DNA of 64,000 nucleotides from positions 1 to 64,000 of the forward strand of contig CAXHJY010001283.1 in the NCBI GenBank assembly GCA_964016885.1, written 5' to 3'. The translations under genes and the position numbers were made by a program. The notes under the pieces are model-generated. The model did no database searches. It was given only the letters and a program-made list of their open reading frames with translations, and had not been told where the DNA came from. Of the stretch, positions 16,106 to 28,899 are shown one piece after another. Within the stretch, counting starts at the first letter, position 1; the number at the start of each line of letters is the position of its first letter. The DNA is from Eledone cirrhosa. Taxonomy: Eukaryota.

Positions 16106-17041
16106 GATGTTGCTATTCCACTCATGTTTTCTGTTTAATTTTGGTTGGAGTTCGTTTATATTTGTCACCTCTGTGATTTGCCTGAGCATTGCATCTTTTC
16201 TGTGTGTGGATATAATTTTTATCTCTGTTCTCTAATACATATATATATAGGTATGTATATATATGAATGGCGATTTGAGACTTAATTTTTCTAATAACCA
16301 ATATTTCACTAACTTATTAATTTGTGTCTGAGATACATTGGCCGAGTGCTTATGGTGGGAATTTTCGTCTCCTGCCATCACATAAATTTATAAATTGGTA
16401 GCCAATCAGGGGACAGCATTGTGATGCGTAGAGATTCCAGTTGATAATCGCTTCACTGTGTTGGCCGCCACATACAGTCATAGCCGGCATGGACTGGAGT
16501 TGAATTCTGTCGATTGATTGGTTATTGATTAGGCGAAACCCGCTGCTGAAACCACATGCGCCGATTATGCATTGTTGCATAATATATGCAGACAGAGGGT
16601 GCTGTGCACTCTACTGCTGCATCAAGTGTGGCCGAAACTCGAGTTTGATAAAGATTGAAGATACCCCTTTACGTGTGTTGTATTGAAGCGAATAACTATG
16701 TGTCTACTCTGGGAGTGTATCCTACATTACCTATTGAGTACGCTGAGATTCAACTGGTCCTAGCAGTGATAACTATACTAGGTCTATCAACTTATTATAT
16801 ATATATACTACACACAGAGATAAGTGCATGCACAGTGTAGAGAGAGAGAGAGAGAGGGGGCGGGGCGGATGTGTTGTTTAAAAAATAAAAAAACCAGCAA
16901 AAACAAAACAAAACTAAAATAACAACAAACAAATTCTATCTGCCTTCTTCCTTCTCCTACACCCCCGTACACATTGCATATGTAAGGAGGTGCAACATCT
17001 GCAAACGCACAAGTGCAGTCATGCAGGTTATGTAAACTTAC

Positions 17042-17136
17042 CCCACAAATGGTGTGCTGTATACAGGTGTCCGATGGACGAGAAGAAGCCTGCAACGGCT
17101 TCATTGTTGGTGCGTCGATGTTGGATGCCTCGAGCC
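17042..17136 (-). CDS. NIPSNAP: NipSnap exon (approx. exon 8): [31 protein letters not shown]
   Basis: 95 nt, tgttag|...|gtaagt. Matches [31 protein letters not shown]. Confidence 0.96.
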
Positions 17137-17706
17137 CTAACAGGAGAATTACAGGAAGAGGTATGTGGGAAAGGTGGGTTTTTTTTTTTTTATTAATTAA
17201 ATTAAATAAAAAAAAACAAAAAAACATGTTATAAAATTTCTTTGCAGGCGCAACAACAATAAGAAAAAAATATATATAAAATGTGGGTAATATTAAATAT
17301 TATCCAATTACATGTATGAGAATAACTCAATGTAAAATAACAAGTATGCTACAGAGCTGAGATACTTTATAAACAACAGTGTTTTAGAACATTTAATTAC
17401 TTACGATCAGTTCATCAAAGCACAGTTATCCCAGTTTCCTGAGTTACCTTCTCCTAGAAGAATGCTTGGACAAAGGCTGGGGTCCTTCACTCCTAGGGGT
17501 TTAACCACGCGATCGGGTATCCAGGCCAATTTTTTCTATGTCCCCACGCATATATACACACATGATTGACTTCTTACTAGTTAGGCAAATACTAAGGCAT
17601 ACTCCGGGGAAGAATGTACCCCCCAACATAGGTTAGTCGTTAGTGACATCTCAATAACCAAGAGACAGAATGAGACACACAGGAAGGTCTGGAAGCTAAA
17701 GGACCT

Positions 17707-18520
17707 TTCATCATCATTTTACGTCCGCTTTTCCCTGCTTGCAAGGGTGGGACGGGTCTTATTCAGCACAGCATCTCTCCACTTGTCACGGTCCTTCGTC
17801 ATCTCCACAGTGAGCTTCAATGATCTGATGTCTGTTCTCCCCACCTCCGCCCATGTTTTTCGTGGTCTACCTCTACCACGTCTTCCTTCAACTGGCATTT
17901 CCTGGCACTTCTTCACCCATCGGTCACCCTCCATGTGCATCACATGTCCATACCACCTCAGTCTCCTCTCCCGTACACTACATTCTATCCCTCTCTGACA
18001 CAGTTTCTCTCTCAACACATTCATGCTGGGTCGTTCACGCACATTGACATTGCACATCCAACGGAGCATGCTTGCCTCATTCCTCTTCAGCCGTCGCATA
18101 TCCTCTGCGGTTGCTGCCCATGTCTCACTACCATGCAGCATCGCGCTACTCACACAGGCATCATACAACCAGCCTTTCGTACGCAGAGAGAAACCCTTCT
18201 TCGTCAAGAGAGGAAGCAGCTCCCTAAACTTTTTCCAACCCGTCCTTATTCTAGATACTATGGCCTCGGAACACCCTCCTCCCATGCTAATCTGATCTCC
18301 TAGGTACCGGAAGCTATCCACCACTTCTATAGCACCCACCTGCATTTGAAAAATGTGTCTATCAATGCGACTTCTGTCTAATTTCCCTGTACATCTACTG
18401 CATACGTATTTCTCCCTGCCTGTTAGTTTGCCTGCTATCCCACTACATCTCTTGTGTACCCAGGATCTGCATTGTGTGCATTTTATAGAATTTATGCCAG
18501 TTCCTTTTCTGCATATCGAA
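17707..18520 (-). mobile_element. RTE family B 3' fragment
   Basis: ORF 17719-18582: CSICRKG...MLHGSETW...GRPRKTW. Closely related to 40980-41775. Confidence 0.92.
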
Positions 18521-18737
18521 CATGCTGTGCAAGTGGAGAGATTACTGATTACATTAGACAGTGTAACACAATCTCTCTTCAATTTCTGTGCATATTGTCA
18601 ATTACAATTTTATTTGATGTATCATATCTACATGTATATATATTTGCATATAATATCAATATACACATTACACATGCTAGCAGAAAACCACTTGAAGCGT
18701 GGTTTTTCTGCTAGTAAAAACAATATCGATTACTTAC

Positions 18738-18769
18738 CAATTGTTGCCCCATTCAATCATTGTACCAGG
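18738..18769 (-). CDS. NIPSNAP: NipSnap micro-exon (approx. exon 7): PGTMIEWGNN(W)
   Basis: 32 nt, ttttcttccag|...|gtaagt. Matches the conserved PGTMIEWGN motif. Confidence 0.96.
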
Positions 18770-18973
18770 CTGGAAGAAAAAGAAATTGAGAAATATATCT
18801 TAGACAACAATAACACAGGACCAACATCTCTGGAGTTATTCAGTAATACAGAAGACCCACATTCAAATGAGCACAGACTAAAGCATACATACAGTATGGA
18901 CCAACTTCACCCGCCCCTTCCATATTCCACCCCTCACACACACACCTCCCCAATCCACTACACCCTTCCCATC

Positions 18974-19812
18974 AAAGTACCTAGTACACACTGTAAAGTG
19001 GTCATGTAGGTGTCACAACAAAAAGTACTCAGTCCACACTGTAAAGTGGTCATGTAGCTGTCACAACAAAAAGTACCCAGTACACACTGTAAAGTGGTCA
19101 TGTAGGTGTCACAACAACAAGTACCCAGTACACACTGTAAAGTGGTCATGTAGGTGTCACAACAACAAGTACCCAGTACACACTGTAAAGTGGTCATGTA
19201 GGTGTCACAACAAAAAGTACCCAGTACACACTGTAAAGTGGTCATGTAGGTGTCACAACAAAAAGTACCCAGTATACACTCTAAAGTGGTCATGTAGGTG
19301 TCACAACAACAAGTACCCAGTACATACTGTAAAGTAGTCATGTAGGTGTCACAACAAAAAGTACCCAGTACACACTGTAAAGTGGTCATGTAGGTGTCAC
19401 AACAAAAAGTACCCAGTATACACTCTAAAGTGGTCATGTAGGTGTCACAACAAAAAGTACCCAGTACATACTGTAAAGTGGTCATGTAGGTGTCACAACA
19501 AAAAGTACCCAGTACACACTGTAAAGTGGTCATGTAGGTGTCACAACAAAAAGTACCCAGTACACACTGTAAAGTGGTCATGTAGGTGTCACAACAAAAA
19601 GTACCCAGTACACACTGTAAAGTGGTCATGTAGGTGTCACAACAAAAAGTACCCAGTACACACTGTAAAGTGGTCATGTAGGTGTCACAACAAAAAGTAC
19701 CCAGTACACACTGTAAAGTGGTCATGTAGGTGTCACAACAAAAAGTACCCAGTACACACTGTAAAGTGGTCATGTAGGTGTCACAACAAAAAGTACCCAG
19801 TACATACTGTAA
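18974..19812. repeat. 48-bp minisatellite (about 17 copies) inside an RTE 3' UTR
   Basis: Unit cactgtaaagtggtcatgtaggtgtcacaacaaaaagtacccagtaca. Runs into the normal RTE tail (aggaagggcatccagctgta...gatgatgat) ending near 19946. Confidence 0.95.
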
Positions 19813-19979
19813 ATGAGGTTGGCATTAGGAAGGGCATCCAGCTGTATGAGCAAGAAGTAGTCACCTGACCTAACATTGCCCACAACAGGACAACTCATCT
19901 AACCCATGCTAGAGTGGAAACATGAACATTAAACGGTGATGATGATCTCAGCTATGACAATATGGAAACCTTATATATC

Positions 19980-22900
19980 ACTCTGTAAAGTGGTAGTGTT
20001 GGTGTCATGATATAATACACCCAGTACACTCTGTAAAGTGGTAGTGTTGGTGTCATGATAGAATACACCCAGTACACTCTGTAAAGTGGTAGTGTTGGTG
20101 TCATGATAGAATACACCCAGTACACTCTGTAAAGTGGTAGTGTTGGTGTCATGATAGAATACACCCAGTACACTCTGTAAAGTGGTAGTGTTGGTGTCAT
20201 GATAAAATACACCCAGTACACTCTGTAAAATGTTAGTGTTGGTGTCATGATATAATACACCCAGTACACTCTGTAAAGTGTTAGTGTTGGTGTCATGATA
20301 TAATACACCCAGTACACTCTGTAAAATGTTAGTGTTGGTGTCATGATATAATACACCCAGTACACTCTGTAAAATGTTAGTGTTGGTGTCATGATATAAT
20401 ACATCCAGTACACTCTGTAAAGTGGTAGTGTTGGTGTCATGATATAATACACCCAGTACACTCTGTAAAGTGGTAGTGTTGGTGTCATGATAGAATACAC
20501 CCAGTACACTCTGTAAAGTGGTGGTGTTGGTGTCATGATAGAATACACCCAGTACACTCTGTAAAGTGGTAGTGTTGGTGTCATGATAGAATACACCCAG
20601 TACACTCTGTAAAGTGTTAGTGTTGGTGTCATGATATAATACACCCAGTACACTCTGTAAAGTGGTAGTGTTGGTGTCATGATAGAATACACCCAGTACA
20701 CTCTGTAAAGTGGTGGTGTTGGTGTCATGATATAATACACCCAGTACACTCTGTAATGTGGTAGTGTTGGTGTCATGATATAATACACCCAGTACACTCT
20801 GTAAAGTGTTAGTGTTGGTGTCATGATATAATACACCCAGTACACTCTGTAAAGTGGTAGTGTTGGTGTCATGATATAATACACCCAGTACACTCTGTAA
20901 AGTGGTAGTGTTGGTGTCATGATAGAATACACCCAGTACACTCTGTAAAGTGTTAGTGTTGGTGTCATGATATAATACACCCAGTACACTCTGTAAAGTG
21001 TTAGTGTTGGTGTCATGATATAATACACCCAGTACACTCTGTAAAGTGGTAGTGTTGGTGTCATGATATAATACACCCAGTACACTCTGTAAAGTGGTAG
21101 TGTTGGTGTCATGATAGAATACACCCAGTACACTCTGTAAAGTGTTAGTGTTGGTGTCATGATATAATACACCCAGTACACTCTGTAAAGTGTTAGTGTT
21201 GGTGTCATGATATAATACACCCAGTACACTCTGTAAAGTGTTAGTGTTGGTGTCATGATATAATACACCCAGTACACTCTGTAAAGTGGTAGTGTTGGTG
21301 TCATGATATAATACACCCAGTACACTCTGTAAAGTGGTAGTGTTGGTGTCATGATATAATACACCCAGTACACTCTGTAAAGTGTTAGTGTTGGTGTCAT
21401 GATAGAATACACCCAGTACACTCTGTAAAGTGTTAGTGTTGGTGTCATGATATAATACACCCAGTACACTCTGTAAAGTGTTAGTGTTGGTGTCATGATA
21501 TAATACACCCAGTACACTCTGTAAAGTGGTAGTGTTGGTGTCATGATATAATACACCCAGTACACTCTGTAAAGTGGTAGTGTTGGTGTCATGATAGAAT
21601 ACACCCAGTACACTCTGTAAAGTGTTAGTGTTGGTGTCATGATATAATACACCCAGTACACTCTGTAAAGTGGTAGTGTTGGTGTCATGATATAATACAC
21701 CCAGTACACTCTGTAAAGTGGTAGTGTTGGTGTCATGATAGAATACACCCAGTACACTCTGTAAAGTGGTGGTGTTGGTGTCATGATAGAATACACCCAG
21801 TACACTCTGTAATGTGGTAGTGTTGATGTCATGATATAATACACCCAGTACACTCTGTAAAGTGGTAGTGTTGGTGTCATGATAGAATACACCCAGTACA
21901 CTCTGTAAAGTGGTAGTGTTGGTGTCATGATAGAATACACCCAGTACACTCTGTAAAGTGGTAGTGTTGGTGTCATGATATAATACACCCAGTACACTCT
22001 GTAAAGTGGTAGTGTTGGTGTCATGATAGAATACACCCAGTACACTCTGTAATGTGGTAGTGTTGGTGTCATGATATAATACACCCAGTACACTCTGTAA
22101 AGTGGTAGTGTTGGTGTCATGATATAATACACCCAGTAAACTCTGTAAAGTGGTAGTGTTGGTGTCATGATAGAATACACCCAGTACACTCTGTAATGTG
22201 GTGGTGTTGGTGTCATGATAAAATACACCCAGTACACTCTGTAAAGTGATAGTGTTGGTGTCATGATAAAATACACCCAGTACACTCTGTAATGTGGTGG
22301 TGTTGGTGTCATGATAAAATACACCCAGTACACTCTGTAAAGTGATAGTGTTGGTGTCATGATATAATACACCCAGTACACTCTGTAAAGTGGTAGAGTT
22401 GGTGTCATGATATAATACACCCAGTACACTCTGTAAAGTGGTAGTGTTGGTGTCATGATATAATACACCCAGTACACTCTGTAAAGTGGTAGTGTTGGTG
22501 TCATGATATAATACACCCAGTACACTCTGTAAAGTGGTAGTGTTGGTGTCATGATAGAATACACCCAGTACACTCTGTAAAGTGGTAGAGTTGGTGTCAT
22601 GATATAATACACCCAGTACACTCTGTAAAGTGGTAGTGTTGGTGTCATGATATAATACACCCAGTACACTCTGTAAAGTGGTAGTGTTGGTGTCATGATA
22701 GAATACACCCAGTACACTCTGTAAAATGGTAGTGTTGGTGTCATGATATAATACACCCAGTACACTCTGTAAAGTGGTAGTGTTGGTGTCATGATATAAT
22801 ACACCCAGTACACTCTGTAAAGTGGTAGTGTTGGTGTCATGATAGAATACACCCAGTACACTCTGTAAAGTGGTAGTGTTGGTGTCATGATAGAATACAC

Positions 22901-25900
22901 CCAGTACACTCTGTAAAGTGGTAGTGTTGATGTCATGATATAATACACCCAGTACACTCTGTAAAGTGGTAGTGTTGGTGTCATGATAGAATACACCCAG
23001 TACACTCTGTAAAGTGGTAGTGCTGGTGTCCTGATATAATACACCCAGTACACTCTGTAATGTGGTAGTGTTGGTGTCATGATAAAATACACCCAGTACA
23101 CTCTGTAAAGTGGTAGTGTTGGTGTCATGATAGAATACACCCAGTACACTCTGTAAAGTGGTAGTGTTGGTGTCATGATATAATACACGCAGTACACTCT
23201 GTAAAGTGGTAGTGTTGGTGTCATGATAGAATACACCCAGTACACTCTGTAAAGTGGTAGTGTTGATGTCATGATATAATACACCCAGTACACTCTGTAA
23301 AGTGGTAGTGTTGGTGTCATGATAGAATACACCCAGTACACTCTGTAACGTGGTAGTGTTGGTGTCATGATATAATACACCCAGTACACTCTGTAAAGTG
23401 GTAGTGTTGATGTCATGATAGAATACACCCAGTACACTCTGTAAAGTGGTAGTGTTGGTGCCATGATATAATACACCCAGTACACTCTGTAAAGTGGTGG
23501 TGTTGGTGTCATGATAGAATACACCCAGTACACTCTGTAAAGTGGTAGTGTTGGTGTCATGATAGAATACACCCAGTACACTCTGTAAAGTGGTGGTGTT
23601 GGTGTCATGATAGAATACACCCAGTACACTCTGTAAAGTGGTAGTGTTGGTGTCATGATAAAATACACCCAGTACACTCTGTAAAGTGGTAGTGTTGGTG
23701 TCATGATAGAATACACCCAGTACACTCTGTAAAGTGGTAGTGTTGATGTCATGATAGAATACACCCAGTACACTCTGTAAAGTGGTAGAGTTGGTGTCAT
23801 GATAGAATACACTCAGTACACTCTGTAAAGTGGTAGTGTTGGTGTCATGATATAATACACCCAGTACACTCTGTAAAGTGGTAGTGTTGGTGTCATGATA
23901 GAATACACCCAGTACACTCTGTAAAGTGGTAGTGTTGATGTCATGATAGAATACACCCAGTACACTCTGTAAAGTGGTAGAGTTGGTGTCATGATATAAT
24001 ACACCCAGTACACTCTGTAAAGTGGTAGTGTTGGTGTCATGATATAATACACCCAGTACACTCTGTAAAGTGGTAGTGTTGGTGTCATGATATAATACAC
24101 CCAGTACACTCTGTAAAGTGGTAGTGTTGGTGTCATGATAGAATACACCCAGTACACTCTGTAAAGTGGTAGAGTTGGTGTCATGATATAATACACCCAG
24201 TACACTCTGTAAAGTGGTAGTGTTGGTGTCATGATATAATACACCCAGTACACTCTGTAAAGTGGTAGTGTTGGTGTCATGATAGAATACACCCAGTACA
24301 CTCTGTAAAATGGTAGTGTTGGTGTCATGATATAATACACCCAGTACACTCTGTAAAGTGGTAGTGTTGGTGTCATGATATAATACACCCAGTACACTCT
24401 GTAAAGTGGTAGTGTTGGTGTCATGATAGAATACACCCAGTACACTCTGTAAAGTGGTAGTGTTGGTGTCATGATAGAATACACCCAGTACACTCTGTAA
24501 AGTGGTAGTGTTGATGTCATGATATAATACACCCAGTACACTCTGTAAAGTGGTAGTGTTGGTGTCATGATAGAATACACCCAGTACACTCTGTAAAGTG
24601 GTAGTGCTGGTGTCCTGATATAATACACCCAGTACACTCTGTAATGTGGTAGTGTTGGTGTCATGATAAAATACACCCAGTACACTCTGTAAAGTGGTAG
24701 TGTTGGTGTCATGATAGAATACACCCAGTACACTCTGTAAAGTGGTAGTGTTGGTGTCATGATATAATACACGCAGTACACTCTGTAAAGTGGTAGTGTT
24801 GGTGTCATGATAGAATACACCCAGTACACTCTGTAAAGTGGTAGTGTTGATGTCATGATATAATACACCCAGTACACTCTGTAAAGTGGTAGTGTTGGTG
24901 TCATGATAGAATACACCCAGTACACTCTGTAACGTGGTAGTGTTGGTGTCATGATATAATACACCCAGTACACTCTGTAAAGTGGTAGTGTTGATGTCAT
25001 GATAGAATACACCCAGTACACTCTGTAAAGTGGTAGTGTTGGTGCCATGATATAATACACCAAGTACACTCTGTAAAGTGGTGGTGTTGGTGTCATGATA
25101 GAATACACCCAGTACACTCTGTAAAGTGGTAGTGTTGGTGTCATGATAGAATACACCCAGTACACTCTGTAAAGTGGTGGTGTTGGTGTCATGATAGAAT
25201 ACACCCAGTACACTCTGTAAAGTGGTAGTGTTGGTGTCATGATAAAATACACCCAGTACACTCTGTAAAGTGGTAGTGTTGGTGTCATGATAGAATACAC
25301 CCAGTACACTCTGTAAAGTGGTAGTGTTGGTGTCATGATAGAATACACCCAGTACACTCTGTAAAGTGGTAGTGTTGGTGTCATGATAGAATACACCCAG
25401 TACACTCTGTAAAGTGGTAGTGTTGGTGTCATGATATAATACACCCAGTACACTCTGTAAAGTGGTAGTGTTGGTGTCATGATAAAATACACCCAGTACA
25501 CTCTGTAAAGTGGTAGTGTTGGTGTCATGATATAATACACCCAGTACACTCTGTAAAGTGGTAGTGTTGGTGTCATGATAGAATACACCCAGTACACTCT
25601 GTAAAGTGGTGGTGTTGGTGTCATGATATAATACACCCTGTACACTCTGTAAAGTGGTAGTGTTGGTGTCCTGATATAATACACCCAGTACACTCTGAAG
25701 TGGTGGTGTTGGTGTCATGATAGAATACACCCAGTACACTCTGTAAAGTGGTAGAGTTGGTGTCATGATAGAATACACCCAGTACACTCTGTAAAGTGGT
25801 GGTGTTGGTGTCATGATATAATACACCCAGTACACTCTGTAAAGTGGTAGAGTTGGTGTCATGATATAATACACCCAGTACACTCTGTAAAGTGGTAGTG

Positions 25901-28670
25901 TTGGTGTCATGATATAATACACCAAGTACACTCTGTAAAGTGGTAGTTTTGGTGTCATGATAAAATATACCCAGTACACTCTGTAAAGTGGTAGAGTTGG
26001 TGTCATGATATAATACACCCAGTACACTCTGTAAAGTGGTAGAGTTGGTGTCATTATATTACACACCCAGTACACTCTGTAAAGTGGTAGTATTGGTGTC
26101 AAGATAGAATACACCCAGTACACTCTGTAAAGTGGTAGAGTTGGTGTCATGATATAATACACCCAGTACACTCTGTAAAGTGGTAGAGTTGGTGTCATTA
26201 TATTACACACCCAGTACACTCTGTAAAGGGGTAGTGTTGGTGTCATGATAAAATACACCTAGTACACTCTGTAAAGTGGTAGTGTTGGTGTCATGATAGA
26301 ATACACCCTGTACACTCTGTAAAGTGGTAGTGTTGGTGTCATGATAGAATACACCCAGTACACTCTGTAAAGTGGTAGTGTTGGTGTCATGATATAATAC
26401 ACCCAGTTCACTCTGTAAAGTGGTAGTGTTAGTGTCATGATAAAATACACCCAGTACACTCTGTAAAGTGGTAGTGTTGGTGTCATGATAGAATACACCC
26501 AGTACACTCTGTAAAGTGGTAGTGTTGGTGTCATGATATAATACACCCAGTACACTCTGTAAAGTGGTAGTGTTGGTGTCATGATGGAATACACCCAGTA
26601 CACTCTGTAAAGTGGTGGTGTTGGTGTCATGATATAATACACCCTGTACACTCTGTAAAGTGGTAGTGTTGGTGTCCTGATATAATACACCCAGTACACT
26701 CTGTGAAGTGGTGGTGTTGGTGTCATGATAGAATACACCCAGTACACTCTGTAAAGTGGTAGAGTTGGTGTCATGATATAATACACCCAGTACACTCTGT
26801 AAAGTGGTGGTGTTGGTGTCATGATATAATACACCCAGTACACTCTGTAAAGTGGTAGAGTTGGTGTCATGATATAATACACCCAGTACACTCTGTAAAG
26901 TGGTAGTGTTGGTGTCATGATATAATACACCAATTACACTCTGTAAAGTGGTAGTGTTGGTGTCATGATAAAATATACCCAGTACACTCTGTAAAGTGGT
27001 AGAGTTGGTGTCATTATATTACACACCCAGTACACTCTGTAAAGTGGTAGTATTGGTGTCATGATAGAATACACCCAGTACACTCTGTAAAGTGGTAGAG
27101 TTGGTGTCATGATATAATACACCCAGTACACTCTGTAAAGTGGTAGAGTTGGTGTCATTATATTACACACCCACTACACTCTGTAAAGGGGTAGTGTTGG
27201 TGTCATGATAAAATACACCTAGTACACTCTGTAAAGTGGTAGTGTTGGTGTCATGATAGAATACACCCTGTACACTCTGTAAAGTGGTAGTGTTGGTATC
27301 ATGATATAATACACCCAGTACACTCTGTAAAGTGGTAGTGTTGGTGTCATGATAAAATACATCCAGTACACTCTGTAAAGTGGTAGTGTTGGTGTCATGA
27401 TAGAATACACCCAGTACACTCTGTAAAGTGGTAGTGTTGGTGTCATGATATAATACACCCAGTTCACTCTGTAAAGTGGTAGTGTTAGTGTCATGATAAA
27501 ATACACCCAGTACACTCTGTAAAGTGGTAGTGTTGGTGTCATGATAGAATACATCCAGTACACTCTGTAAAGTGGTAGTGTTGGTGTCATGATAGAATAC
27601 ATCCAGTACACTCTGTAAAGTGGTAGTGTTGGTGTCATGATATAATACACCCAGTACACTCTGTAAAGTGGTGGTGTTGGTGTCATGATATAATACACCC
27701 TGTACACTCTGTAAAGTGGTAGTGTTGGTGTCATGATAGAATACATCCAGTACACTCTGTAAAGTGGTAGTGTTGGTGTCATGATATAATACACCCAGTA
27801 CACTCTGTAAAGTGGTGGTGTTGGTGTCATGATATAATACACCCAGTAAACTCTGTAAAGTGGTAGTGTTGGTGTCATGATAGAATACATCCAGTACACT
27901 CTGTAAAGTGGTAGTGTTGGTGTCATGATAGAATACATCCAGTACACTCTGTAAAGTGGTGGTGTTGGTGTCATGATATAATACACCCAGTAAACTCTAA
28001 AGTGGTAGTGTTGGTGTCATGATAGAATACATCCAGTACACTCTGTAAAGTGGTAGTGTTGGTGTCATGATAGAATACATCCAGTACACTCTGTAAAGTG
28101 GTGGTGTTGGTGTCATGATAAAATACATCCAGTACACTCTGTAAAGTGGTAGTGTTGGTGTCATGATAGAATACACCCAGTACACTCTGTAAAGTGGTAG
28201 TGTTGGTGTCATGATAGAATACATCCAGTACACTCTGTAAAGTGGTGGTGTTGGTGTCATGATAAAATACATCCAGTACACTCTGTAAAGTGGTAGTGTT
28301 GGTGTCATGATAGAATACACCCAGTACACTCTGTAAAGTGGTAGTGTTGGTGTCATGATAGAATACATCCAGTACACTCTGTAAAGTGGTGGTGTTGGTG
28401 TCATGATAAAATACATCCAGTACACTCTGTAAAGTGGTAGTGTTGGTGTCATGATAGAATACACCCAGTACACTCTGTAAAGTGGTAGTGTTGGTGTCAT
28501 GATAGAATACATCCAGTACACTCTGTAAAGTGGTGGTGTTGGTGTCATGATAAAATACATCCAGTACACTCTGTAAGGTGGTAGTGTTGGTGTCATGATA
28601 GAATACATCCAGTACACTCTGTAAAGTGGTGGTGTTGGTGTCATGATAAAATACATCCAGTACACTGTAA
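19980..28670. repeat. About 8.7-kb satellite of 48-bp units (about 180 copies) with higher-order duplications
   Basis: Unit ctctgtaaagtggtagtgttggtgtcatgat(a/g)aatacacccagtaca; no spacers. Confidence 0.98.
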
Positions 28671-28899
28671 GGAATTAGTGCTGCAGCTTATGTAGGTTTA
28701 GTCGGTCTCCTACAAGGATGTATCTCATAGGAGGTCTTGGATGTTTTAATAATAGGGACCCCAGTCCTACCATGAAAAGCAATGTGAAATGAAGTGAATT
28801 GCTCAGAAATGCAATACACAATTCTGTCCACAAATCATGTAGGTGAATCGGGGGTGTAGATATGATGTGAAATTTAACAGAAGACTGAGAGGATGTGGG

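Noticed and set aside
16990-17234. Plus-strand ORFs with a possible donor site
   Set aside because: They are the antisense shadow of NipSnap exon 17042-17136.
19952-28665. 2095-aa and 1286-aa repetitive ORFs (possible mucin-like protein)
   Set aside because: A 48-bp unit without stops gives ORFs in two frames. The array has frameshifting indels, is intronic and derives from a retroelement UTR.
18974-28670. CRISPR-like array
   Set aside because: Head-to-tail units with no unique spacers, no cas genes and a eukaryotic context.
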